Below the pieces are notes generated by a model, which was not told the DNA's origin, did not search any database, and saw only the letters and a list, made by a program, of their open reading frames with translations. Below are positions 18,386 to 26,238 of a stretch of DNA of 32,921 bases, piece after piece. Source of the stretch: a virus (Duplodnaviria > Caudoviricetes); the IMG/VR virus record IMGVR_UViG_3300016476_000647, positions 1 to 32,921 of that record; one strand, given 5' to 3'. The translations under genes and the position numbers were made by a program. Every line of letters begins with the position of its first letter. The stretch's first letter is position 1.

Positions 18386-20051
18386 TGATTGGCATTTTGA
18401 TTCCAAGTCTGACTCCAGCCTCTATTGCCGAATCGGTTATGATCTTACCAGCAGCATCGGCAATGCTTGCTGGACAAGAGAACTGCAGCTCGTCATGAAC
18501 ATATGCAACCTGCTTGACCTTGCTGCCGTATATCTTGGCAAGATTTCTATTGGCAAGAATCATCCAGTACTTGGATACAACGGCACCGCTTCCCTGCAGC
18601 AGTGTGTTCAGTGCCGCATGCTTGCTGCGTACAGGAGCAAGCCTTCCGTCAACAAGCCTTACGGTATTGTTCTTGGCAACCTGGAACTCGACTGATTGCT
18701 TTACCTTTGCAAGTGCTGGCAGCTCCTTTAGGAATCGCTCCTTGAGCGCAGCACCATGCTTGGATGAACCACCAACGATCTTTCCAACCTTGGCATCTCC
18801 AGCCCCGTAAAGAAAGCCGTAGATGAATGTCTTGGCGTTGTTTCTGGTTGGAAGACCAGCCTTTGTCTGGTTGTGGGTATGGATGTCTCCGTTAAGGATG
18901 ACATCGGCATACGCACCGCCATCATAGGCGTGCATGTAGTGTGCAAGCATTCTAAGTTCCAGACCACTGAGGTCGGAGCCAAGAAGAACGTCACCACTAT
19001 GTGGAATCCACAGCTCACGTGCACGATGATCTCCAGATACCTGTGCAAGGTTTGGCTGACTGTGAGTGCAACGACCTGTGGCTGCTCCCTGAACATTCAC
19101 AAAGCCATGCACCTTTCCATCCCTGCTGTTGGCGGAACGACATATCCAGTCATCAACCTGACCCATCAGTTTGATGACATCGAAGTATTCCACGAGCTTC
19201 TTTGCCTCTGGATAATCCAGTTCACTGAGAACAGTTGCATCCACGTTTGGATTTCCGTTGTCGGTTTCTGGAGCAACCCATCCGTACTTCTCATATAGGC
19301 GTTCGGCTATCTGCTTCCTGGAACCAGGATTGAATACCTCAACCTTGTCCTTGAGACGCTTGCCCGTCTTATCCGAGAATCTGACATGAACCTTGTCTGG
19401 AAAGATGATGCGCATCTCGTCCTCAACCTGCGCCTTGAACATCAGCAGATCATGCTGAAGGCTTGTTGCGGCCTGTAGGTCAAAGTTGAATCCGTTGGTC
19501 TGCTGTGTTGAGATGATTGCGGATGCCATGTGCTCGAGTTGAACTATCTTCTGGTAATTGTTCTGCTTGATCCACTCGCACTGATGCAGGTAGATGTCGT
19601 GTGCGACATGTACATCCTGAATGCAATAGTCTATCATCTCCTGGGTTAATTCTGTCCATGAACCCTGATAGTTGATCTTCTCGTTCCCAAGAAACTTTCC
19701 CCAGCACTCGAGTGAATTACCACCAAGCGGGTGGTTCTTGAGATCTGGATACATCAGCTTTGACACGACAAGGGAGTCGTGTATCGTCTGCCTTATGTGG
19801 ACACCTAGCATTCGCCTCAGACACTCCAGGTCGAACCCATAGAGGTTGTGACCTATCAGCATCTCGGCCTTGCCAAGGTATGAGACAAGTGCGTTGCCAA
19901 GCTTGTCACCAGTCCACACCACAACCTCACCAGTATCGATATCCTTGGTAACAACGCAATGCACCGTTGAGCACTCCTTGACTGGAGTGCCCTTGCCATC
20001 AAGTGTCAATTCCATCAATGCATCGGATTCAATATCTAGTACCAGTTTCAT
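18342..20051 (-). CDS. Family A DNA polymerase (T7 gp5-like)
   Basis: ExoI DIE, ExoII GHNLYGFD, ExoIII YCIQD; motif A DLSGLELR, motif B RNNAKTFIYGFLYGAG, motif C VHDE. Confidence 0.97.
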   Translation of the reverse strand: MKLVLDIESDALMELTLDGKGTPVKECSTVHCVVTKDIDTGEVVVWTGDKLGNALVSYLGKAEMLIGHNLYGFDLECLRRMLGVHIRQTIHDSLVVSKLMYPDLKNHPLGGNSLECWGKFLGNEKINYQGSWTELTQEMIDYCIQDVHVAHDIYLHQCEWIKQNNYQKIVQLEHMASAIISTQQTNGFNFDLQAATSLQHDLLMFKAQVEDEMRIIFPDKVHVRFSDKTGKRLKDKVEVFNPGSRKQIAERLYEKYGWVAPETDNGNPNVDATVLSELDYPEAKKLVEYFDVIKLMGQVDDWICRSANSRDGKVHGFVNVQGAATGRCTHSQPNLAQVSGDHRARELWIPHSGDVLLGSDLSGLELRMLAHYMHAYDGGAYADVILNGDIHTHNQTKAGLPTRNNAKTFIYGFLYGAGDAKVGKIVGGSSKHGAALKERFLKELPALAKVKQSVEFQVAKNNTVRLVDGRLAPVRSKHAALNTLLQGSGAVVSKYWMILANRNLAKIYGSKVKQVAYVHDELQFSCPASIADAAGKIITDSAIEAGVRLGIKMPINAEYKIGSNWSETH

Positions 20052-21196
20052 CAGTTTCCTTTGATAGTTATTCCAGTCTTCGATCCAAGAACATTTGCTC
20101 CCCGAATAGAACTGATCGAAGTATCATCAACGATGATGCCACCAAGGCGTGGATCTGTATTGCCGATGATCTCGACGTTGGTTTCGGTGAAAGGAGCGAC
20201 GATCTTGAAGTTAAGGGTTACGATCAATACGTCAGTCGCTAGCGGGGCCTTGTCGCCAAGGGCCGACCAGAAGACATGCAGCGCCGTTCCGTCCTTGGGA
20301 ATTGAGGTCTCGTTCACTCCACCAAAGGGAAGAAGCGATGACTGGGACGGCTTGGCGTTTGTCTTGTCAATTCCCATGAACTCAAGTTTTGTCTTGTCCC
20401 ACGCAAACAGCGTCTTCACTGAATACACAACCTGTGGTTTCTGAGGTGAAGCATATATCCGTACCGACACGTTGTCTCCAACCCGTGATTCAACCAGCTT
20501 TAGATCAACCAGATAGGATGGACTCGGACAGAACGTGATCTTATTCACGTTGCTTACTAACTCACCAACGGGACCAGCTGGCTTTACAGTACCGTATGAA
20601 ATGACACTGTTTGGATACAGCCACAGATTGGTTGTGCTTTGCGGCAGGTAGAAGTCGCCCTTTACCTTGAATCTTACATTTCCAAGGGTTCTACCACCAT
20701 TCCATAGGTAACCACCAAGATTGAACACGTATGGTCTTGATGGATTGGGAGTCACAAGTTCGGAATGGAAGCGGACAATACCATTTCCCTCTAGGTTTGC
20801 TGAGATCTTTGCGACATTCACAACGGCTGGATCAACCAGTGCTGACGTGGTGTCGTACAGCTCCAGCTTATCTGGATCAAAGCCAATCATAACATCCGAA
20901 CTATTCCATACCTGATAGATGTTCGGTTGATTATCAAGCAACAGCTGCGTTACGCGAACAGTTACTAGTTCTCCCTTGGCAACAAGTGTTCCAGTGCGCT
21001 TGATGCCACTGGCTGTCTCGGTACTGGCATCGCTTTCAAGCGATACCCTGAACTTCTTGGACGGGTCCACCGTGTATGGAACAAGGGTATTTCCCTTGAG
21101 GCTGATGGTTCCGTCTGGATTATTGACTATCGTCTGTGCACTTGCAGTTGTCGCAATCAGTACGGCAGCAATCATCTGAATCGTCTTGTAGAACAT
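20051..21196 (-). CDS. Secreted protein with Sec signal peptide and two cohesin-like beta-sandwich domains
   Basis: MFYKTIQMIAAVLIATTASA|Q; two repeats of G(E/D)xVxVx(V/I)..(F/W)DxxKLE..(L/I)xx(V/L)xFK(V/I); AGGAG RBS; stop overlaps the polymerase start (TGATG). Confidence 0.7.
   Translation of the reverse strand: MFYKTIQMIAAVLIATTASAQTIVNNPDGTISLKGNTLVPYTVDPSKKFRVSLESDASTETASGIKRTGTLVAKGELVTVRVTQLLLDNQPNIYQVWNSSDVMIGFDPDKLELYDTTSALVDPAVVNVAKISANLEGNGIVRFHSELVTPNPSRPYVFNLGGYLWNGGRTLGNVRFKVKGDFYLPQSTTNLWLYPNSVISYGTVKPAGPVGELVSNVNKITFCPSPSYLVDLKLVESRVGDNVSVRIYASPQKPQVVYSVKTLFAWDKTKLEFMGIDKTNAKPSQSSLLPFGGVNETSIPKDGTALHVFWSALGDKAPLATDVLIVTLNFKIVAPFTETNVEIIGNTDPRLGGIIVDDTSISSIRGANVLGSKTGITIKGN
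20224..20242 (-). promoter_or_regulatory. Candidate phage RNAP promoter, copy 2
   Basis: Minus strand CTAGCGACTGACGTATTGA, about 170 nt upstream of the DNA polymerase start. Confidence 0.5.
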
Positions 21197-21374
21197 ATAG
21201 GAATCTCCTGTCTCTTTCTGCCAACAGTTCGTCGGCTATGGCCGCTACTTCACTGGCCGTTCTTCTAGTTGCTTCGTGTCTTGTCGTTCCAGGATGGAGC
21301 GACATGCTTAGTGCGGCACTGGCATACATGTCCCATGCCGCAGCCCTCATCATGCAGAAGTGATCAAGACTCAT
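21120..21374 (-). CDS. Hypothetical protein
   Basis: ATG 21374 overlaps upstream ORF end; AWDMYASAAL..AAIADELLAER helical motif. Confidence 0.6.
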   Translation of the reverse strand: MSLDHFCMMRAAAWDMYASAALSMSLHPGTTRHEATRRTASEVAAIADELLAERDRRFLYVLQDDSDDCCRTDCDNCKCTDDSQ

Positions 21375-21678
21375 ATTCTTTTGCCAGCTTCTTGTAACGG
21401 TCGGCCAGGGTCTTGTATTCCTCGTGCAGTTGTCTTCGTTGCTCTGATTTACGAACATCCTTCAGATCTTCATTCATCAAATGAGTTATGTAGTATACAT
21501 CGCTTGTCTTATCCTGCAGAACCCTGATATCATCACGCAGTTCATTTTCGGTGGTATCAACGTCATCGCGGATGCTCTTAATATCCTTGATAAGTTGATC
21601 CAGCCTGTTGTGGATATAGTACTGATAGATGAGATCCCACACGATCACAGCTGCCACGATTGACATTAGGTATGTCAT
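21364..21678 (-). CDS. Hypothetical membrane-anchored coiled-coil protein (104 aa)
   Basis: N-terminal hydrophobic YLMSIVAAVIVWDLIY then heptads; ATGA overlap with helicase stop; GAGGAG RBS. Confidence 0.7.
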   Translation of the reverse strand: MTYLMSIVAAVIVWDLIYQYYIHNRLDQLIKDIKSIRDDVDTTENELRDDIRVLQDKTSDVYYITHLMNEDLKDVRKSEQRRQLHEEYKTLADRYKKLAKEYES

Positions 21679-23408
21679 TGTCCATGCTCCTCTGGATTGA
21701 ATACTGGGAAACCTTCGTCATTGAATGCAACGTCAACTTCCCTAAGCCTACCAGTACCACGGTCGTAGTACAATGCGGTGGCAACACCAGCACGACCAGT
21801 CAGTCGGTTCTTAAGAACGCGAACGATTGTCGTGTTGGCAACTACTGCATCCTGATTCTGCCTGTCACGCTCCAGCGCAATGACTGTGTTTGGAACGGAT
21901 GCCAGTGCGCCAGATCCACGCAGATCCTGCAGCGTGATTCTATCGCCTTCCTCATATGCCTTGTCCGTCTTCTTTAGTTGCGACACGATGTCTACGTGCA
22001 CACCAGTGCGAACGGCAAGGGAACGAAGCTCCTTCATCAACGTGTCGATGATCAGACGCTCACTGCTTCCGCCCTCGATATCCTTGTCGTTGACACCCAT
22101 GAGACCTGCAGCGGCGGCGGTGATGTGATCCAGGATGATGACATCGACCTTGAGGCTGACAGCCATGTACTCCATGCGTGCAAGCAGATTCTGCATTGCG
22201 TTGTTGCCAAGGTGATCGTAGATGAACAGGTTGGTCTGGCACAGCTTTCGCTTTGCGTCGGCATACTCGTCATCGCTGAACTCATTGATGAACTCTATAT
22301 CGATTGGGTGCTTGCCCATCTTGACACGCAGCTCATTCATCATCTGGGCTGCACGGATTGCTCGAACTGGCTTGTTGATCATCAGCGAGATCATGTCATC
22401 CATTGTCTCCTGAGGAGATTCCTCAAGCATGATAGCACCAACCGATCTGCCTTCCTCAAGATGATGATGCATCAATTCCCTGAGGATGGTGGACTTTCCA
22501 GACCCAGTGCCAGATGCCCACAGGGTGATCTCGCCTGATCGCTGACCGATCAGGAACTCTGACAGCTTGTCAAAGGGAAACGGATACACCTTACTTGCAG
22601 CCACATCGATTGATTCCGCAATGCGGGAGATATGCAGGATCTCGTCTGGACTGTAGACCTGTGCTTCCCAGATGGCGGATACAACGGCCTTGCCATTGCT
22701 CGAGACAAGACACTCATTGGCATCCTTTAGAGGAAGCTTGGCGATCTTGCACTTGCCAGGTGGAAGGATCTCACTAACAGCCTTGGCCGCATCCTGACCT
22801 GCGTCATCCATGTCGAAGCAGATGACCACTTCCTGATACGATGAGACGAACTCAAGGTTGTCCTTGATGGACTTGACAGCCGACTGTGCACCATTTGGAA
22901 TAGATACCACTGGCCACGTGCCACCAAGAAGCTGGCACACGGTCATGCAGTCGATCTCACCCTCGGTTATGACAAGACGCTTTCCACCCATCTTCCACAG
23001 ATTCTGGCCAAACAATTGCACCGACTTTGGAGAACCCTTCCAAACAAACTGCTTGTCGGGTCCACGTACATGCTGTGCTACCATGTTATCGGAGGAATCA
23101 TAGTAGTTTGCAATCTCAACATCCTTGCCGTTGACGTTGGCAACCTGATATCCGTACTGCCTGCATGTCTTCTCATCTATGCGACGATGCGGTAAGTCGG
23201 AGAACGATCCATTGATTGCATTGCCTAGTTTCGATTGTATAGTCTCGGTCACCTTGCCATTACCTCCACGATGATATCCGCACTTGAAGCAGTGCACATG
23301 CTCGTCAGAATACACCGCGAGATTGTCACCGCTGCGGTCTGCACCATTGGATGCACATGCAGGACAACGATCACGTCTGACAACGGTACTTTCACTCTGG
23401 TGTTCCAT
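21675..23408 (-). CDS. Primase-helicase (T7 gp4-like)
   Basis: Zn ribbon CPAC..HCFKC, TOPRIM EGEID and FDMD, Walker A SGTGSGKST, LDHI, VSQL, DLRGSG, KNRLTG. Confidence 0.97.
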   Translation of the reverse strand: MEHQSESTVVRRDRCPACASNGADRSGDNLAVYSDEHVHCFKCGYHRGGNGKVTETIQSKLGNAINGSFSDLPHRRIDEKTCRQYGYQVANVNGKDVEIANYYDSSDNMVAQHVRGPDKQFVWKGSPKSVQLFGQNLWKMGGKRLVITEGEIDCMTVCQLLGGTWPVVSIPNGAQSAVKSIKDNLEFVSSYQEVVICFDMDDAGQDAAKAVSEILPPGKCKIAKLPLKDANECLVSSNGKAVVSAIWEAQVYSPDEILHISRIAESIDVAASKVYPFPFDKLSEFLIGQRSGEITLWASGTGSGKSTILRELMHHHLEEGRSVGAIMLEESPQETMDDMISLMINKPVRAIRAAQMMNELRVKMGKHPIDIEFINEFSDDEYADAKRKLCQTNLFIYDHLGNNAMQNLLARMEYMAVSLKVDVIILDHITAAAAGLMGVNDKDIEGGSSERLIIDTLMKELRSLAVRTGVHVDIVSQLKKTDKAYEEGDRITLQDLRGSGALASVPNTVIALERDRQNQDAVVANTTIVRVLKNRLTGRAGVATALYYDRGTGRLREVDVAFNDEGFPVFNPEEHGQ

Positions 23409-23574
23409 TGATATCCTTGTAGAACAGGACTATCTCTCCACCGATTATCTTGTCAAGCAACGTTCCAAGGTCATGGAGAAGCTTGGCATCCTCCTCCAGT
23501 GCGGAGTCGCTTGCAATATCGACAAGCTCAAGCTGTTGCTTGAGTTCACCGATGTTCATTGTAACTCGTCTCAT
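23392..23574 (-). CDS. Hypothetical protein (60 aa)
   Basis: ATGA overlap with the deaminase stop; alternative start at 23559. Confidence 0.55.
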   Translation of the reverse strand: MRRVTMNIGELKQQLELVDIASDSALEEDAKLLHDLGTLLDKIIGGEIVLFYKDINGTPE

Positions 23575-23930
23575 AGCTTCACTAGAACTCCTTCTTGATT
23601 TGTGTACCAGATCTCATCGAAGATCTCGGTTACCCACCCGATGCAGTACTTGCATGGGCGTGCCATCCCAAGCACGCCAGTGCTTGAGATCCTTGTGTTG
23701 ACAAGCACAAGTGAATCCCTGATATCAGACTTGTGCAATTGACGAAACGCATCCAGTTCGGAATGAATGGTAGGATACTTGTATCCATACTTGAGGGCAA
23801 GAGGGTGAGTCTTCCCCCTATACTCCTTGCCTAGCGCAAGAATCTTGTTCTTGCGTAGGACGAAGGAGTAATGGGTGCGTTCGACTGGGGTATTGTTGAT
23901 CCTGGTAGCTTCCAGGAGATACTCATACAT
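23571..23930 (-). CDS. Zinc-dependent cytidine/dCMP deaminase-fold protein
   Basis: HSELDA (HxE) and PCKYC (PCxxC); adjacent to thyX. Confidence 0.8.
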   Translation of the reverse strand: MYEYLLEATRINNTPVERTHYSFVLRKNKILALGKEYRGKTHPLALKYGYKYPTIHSELDAFRQLHKSDIRDSLVLVNTRISSTGVLGMARPCKYCIGWVTEIFDEIWYTNQEGVLVKL

Positions 23931-24585
23931 CGATCAAAGCTCTCCAACTGAGCGGGAAGAATCGGTTGATTTCCTCACTGACTCGATGAGCGTAGAATTG
24001 AACCTCACGCTGAGCGTGTGGATCAGACCTAAGATTGTACATGCGAGACCAGGCGTACAGGCTACCAGTCCAAATCCACTCAGTCATCATTGACTGGGGG
24101 AGGATAGACCGCGCCTGTTCAGCACAGGCACCTGCCTTGATGAGATCGTCATAGTGTTCGGCTGCCTTGGACAGAATGTAATAGGTATCGGTCTTCCACA
24201 CATCGTTACCAGAGATTGGCTCGACACCAGATCCCTGCTTCACATTCTCTGCGGCAACCCGATAGTAATCGGGATACCAGAACTCGGGAGCGTCGCTGAC
24301 ATAGCGACGTGATACTTCGTTCCACGAGAACCCAACCTGATGCTTCATCAACTGTCTGGCAACGAAGATCGGTGCCTTGAACCTAAGTTTCATGTGACAA
24401 TGGCTGAAGGGACTCCAATGATTGTGCTTGGCAAGGTAGTTGATCAGCTTCTCGTTCTGACTTACGGTGAATAGATCAGCTGTCTTGTTCATGGATACCC
24501 GTGCGGCATCGCATACCGCATCGTCGCATCCCATATGATCGACATACTGAACCAGTTCCCGTTCGTTACCGTTCCACAGTCTCAT
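23923..24585 (-). CDS. thyX: Flavin-dependent thymidylate synthase
   Basis: AARVS, HWSPFSH, APIFVARQLMKHQVGFSWNEVSRRY, EQARSILP, HAQREV; probable start ATG 24585. Confidence 0.95.
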   Translation of the reverse strand: MRLWNGNERELVQYVDHMGCDDAVCDAARVSMNKTADLFTVSQNEKLINYLAKHNHWSPFSHCHMKLRFKAPIFVARQLMKHQVGFSWNEVSRRYVSDAPEFWYPDYYRVAAENVKQGSGVEPISGNDVWKTDTYYILSKAAEHYDDLIKAGACAEQARSILPQSMMTEWIWTGSLYAWSRMYNLRSDPHAQREVQFYAHRVSEEINRFFPLSWRALIDV

Positions 24586-24754
24586 TCTTGGTGGTTCTCC
24601 ACTTGATGGCGGTGCGTGACAGGATATACACTCCTGCCAGCACGGTCGCACAGATGATGATCATGTCCTGATTGACACCGTCCTTCATGGTAAGGGTGCC
24701 TACGATTGGGGCGATAGCCGCCCAGAATTCAGTTGTCTTGTATCCGTCCTTCAT
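24566..24754 (-). CDS. Small membrane protein (holin-like, GYKTTEFW motif)
   Basis: AAAGGAGG RBS before ATG 24754; two hydrophobic segments and a basic C-terminus. Confidence 0.6.
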   Translation of the reverse strand: MKDGYKTTEFWAAIAPIVGTLTMKDGVNQDMIIICATVLAGVYILSRTAIKWRTTKNETVER

Positions 24755-24896
24755 GGTTCCTCCTTTCATTAAGTTCTTTACGAGCCTCTCTAGTCATGGC
24801 AAGCAGTTCTTGCATCACGATACGGGCTTCCAAAAAGATCAGATGTTGATTCTTATCAAACCATTCCTGATGCATCTTCAGTCTATCAAGTTTCAT
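24729..24896 (-). CDS. Hypothetical protein (55 aa)
   Basis: AAAGGA RBS before ATG 24896; the ORF-track start (24935) lies inside tRNA-Arg. Confidence 0.5.
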   Translation of the reverse strand: MKLDRLKMHQEWFDKNQHLIFLEARIVMQELLAMTREARKELNERRNHEGRIQDN

Positions 24897-24911
24897 GTTG
24901 TTTTCCTTTAA

Positions 24912-24985
24912 CATACCTGGGTGGACTCGAACCACCGACCAATAGCTTAGAAGGCTATTGCTCTATCCATCTGAGCTACAGGTAT
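24912..24985 (-). tRNA. tRNA-Arg(UCU)
   Basis: ATACCTG/CAGGTAT acceptor, GCTC/GAGC D stem, ATAGC-CTTCTAA-GCTAT anticodon arm, GGTGG-TTCGAGT-CCACC T arm; no encoded CCA. Confidence 0.93.
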
Positions 24986-24987
24986 AA

Positions 24988-25063
24988 TGGTGGTTCCGAT
25001 GGGACTTGAACCCATAACTAACGGATTAAAAGTCCGCTACTCTACCAATTGAGTTACGGAACC
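24988..25063 (-). tRNA. tRNA-Lys(UUU)
   Basis: GGTTCCG/CGGAACC acceptor, GCGGA-CTTTTAA-TCCGT anticodon arm, ATGGG-TTCAAGT-CCCAT T arm, encoded ACCA end; 76 nt. Confidence 0.95.
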
Positions 25064-25067
25064 TCAG

Positions 25068-25140
25068 TACCAAGGATGGGATTCGAACCCACACTACTCG
25101 CATTTTGAGTGCAATGACTCTGCCGTTGGTCTACCTTGGC
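25068..25140 (-). tRNA. tRNA-Leu(CAA) with short variable region
   Basis: GCCAAGG/CCTTGGT acceptor, TTGCA-CTCAAAA-TGCGA anticodon arm, 5-nt variable loop GTAGT, GTGGG-TTCGAAT-CCCAT T arm, A73. Confidence 0.88.
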
Positions 25141-25144
25141 ATAA

Positions 25145-25235
25145 TAGGCGTTGAGGGAATCGAACCCACCTCTCGCGGTAATCGGCCACTAAGTCCTGTT
25201 ATAAGCAGGATTGCATACCCAGATGCTAAACGCCC
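25145..25235 (-). tRNA. tRNA with UAU anticodon (Ile-AUA reader) and long variable arm
   Basis: GGGCGTT/AACGCCT acceptor, GCAT/ATGC D stem, TCCTG-CTTATAA-CAGGA anticodon arm, 24-nt variable arm, GTGGG-TTCGATT-CCCTC T arm (one U-U mismatch), A73. Confidence 0.8.
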
Positions 25236-25239
25236 GTGT

Positions 25240-25259
25240 TGCGGGGATTTCTCCCCGCA
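25240..25259 (-). other. GC-rich hairpin with GAAA tetraloop just 5' of the tRNA cluster
   Basis: Minus strand TGCGGGGA-GAAA-TCCCCGCA, perfect 8-bp stem, no U tract. Confidence 0.6.
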
Positions 25260-25262
25260 TGA

Positions 25263-25601
25263 TTACTTCTTCATTCCAGTGATGTCGATGTCGTTATCGG
25301 TACTGGGATCATACAGATAGTACTGCTTGGTTCTTTCGGCGTGTGCCTGCAGTTCCTTGAGCGTCACATCGGAAGTCTCGACAGTGATCCAAGACGAAGC
25401 TGAGTAGGGGTCGATCTTGTCTGGATACATCACATCGGATGCAGCACTCTCGAGATGAACACCGATGGTTTCACCACCATAATTGCTCTTCAACACAGGA
25501 AACTCCACCGTAACACGAACCATCACGACATCCTTGGCAGTCAAGGACTTGGAAGTGGGAGGTGGCAGGATCCCTGGAGTAGGGACTTTCTTGAACTTCA
25601 T
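25263..25601 (-). CDS. Hypothetical protein (112 aa)
   Basis: ATGA overlap and AAGGGG RBS. Confidence 0.7.
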   Translation of the reverse strand: MKFKKVPTPGILPPPTSKSLTAKDVVMVRVTVEFPVLKSNYGGETIGVHLESAASDVMYPDKIDPYSASSWITVETSDVTLKELQAHAERTKQYYLYDPSTDNDIDITGMKK

Positions 25602-25873
25602 CGAAACATCCCCCTTCCGTGGGCGGCATGATCAATCAGATCACGCAGTGCGTCGACCTGGAAGTATGCCTCGGCACTGTTGCCATCACCATACAGCGTG
25701 ACACGCACGATGCTGTTGTTGTTTGGCTCGGTTCCGACGATGATGAGTGGGGTGGTGTGGGTTGCCTTGGTCGGGCACTTGTCTGCCTCTTCGGGATTGT
25801 TGTACCCACACAGGTTGAACACCGAAGTATGCTGAAAGAAACATTCGCAGTCATTGGTCTCGTCCATAATCAT
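25598..25873 (-). CDS. Hypothetical protein (91 aa, four Cys in N-terminal half)
   Basis: ATGA overlap with rusA, AAGGAG RBS. Confidence 0.65.
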   Translation of the reverse strand: MIMDETNDCECFFQHTSVFNLCGYNNPEEADKCPTKATHTTPLIIVGTEPNNNSIVRVTLYGDGNSAEAYFQVDALRDLIDHAAHGRGMFR

Positions 25874-26238
25874 GTGATCTCCTTGATGTCAATTGTAAAG
25901 TATCCCTTGCCCTTCGACCATGCCTTGGTTGCGGTCACGGTAAGGATCTGTGCATCGTCAACCCATATGATCTCGTTGCACAGGTCAAGCACTGCCTTGA
26001 TGTAGTTGTCCACATCAGGCTTGGGATAATCGAGCTTGCTTGTCTTTGGCTTCTCTGGATGAAGCACGATCTTCACGCTAAGGTTCTTATCCGTTGGCTT
26101 CCAGTCACCCAGTACCTCACGAAGGATGGGTTCAGCATCCTTCTTGAAGTCCTTGTAGGGACCAACGTAGTACGCTCCGTACTTGCTCACCCGTGGCCGA
26201 CTTGCAGCCACGGGTGAGATCGGAAACTTCCACTTCAT
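25870..26238 (-). CDS. rusA: RusA-family Holliday junction resolvase
   Basis: PVAASRPR, KPDVDNYIKAVLD, WVDDAQI. Confidence 0.92.
   Translation of the reverse strand: MKWKFPISPVAASRPRVSKYGAYYVGPYKDFKKDAEPILREVLGDWKPTDKNLSVKIVLHPEKPKTSKLDYPKPDVDNYIKAVLDLCNEIIWVDDAQILTVTATKAWSKGKGYFTIDIKEIT

Noticed and set aside
24912-25235. tRNA cluster as prophage attachment site or host boundary
   Set aside because: Phage genes continue on both sides in the same orientation; no integrase or duplicated tRNA 3' end seen.
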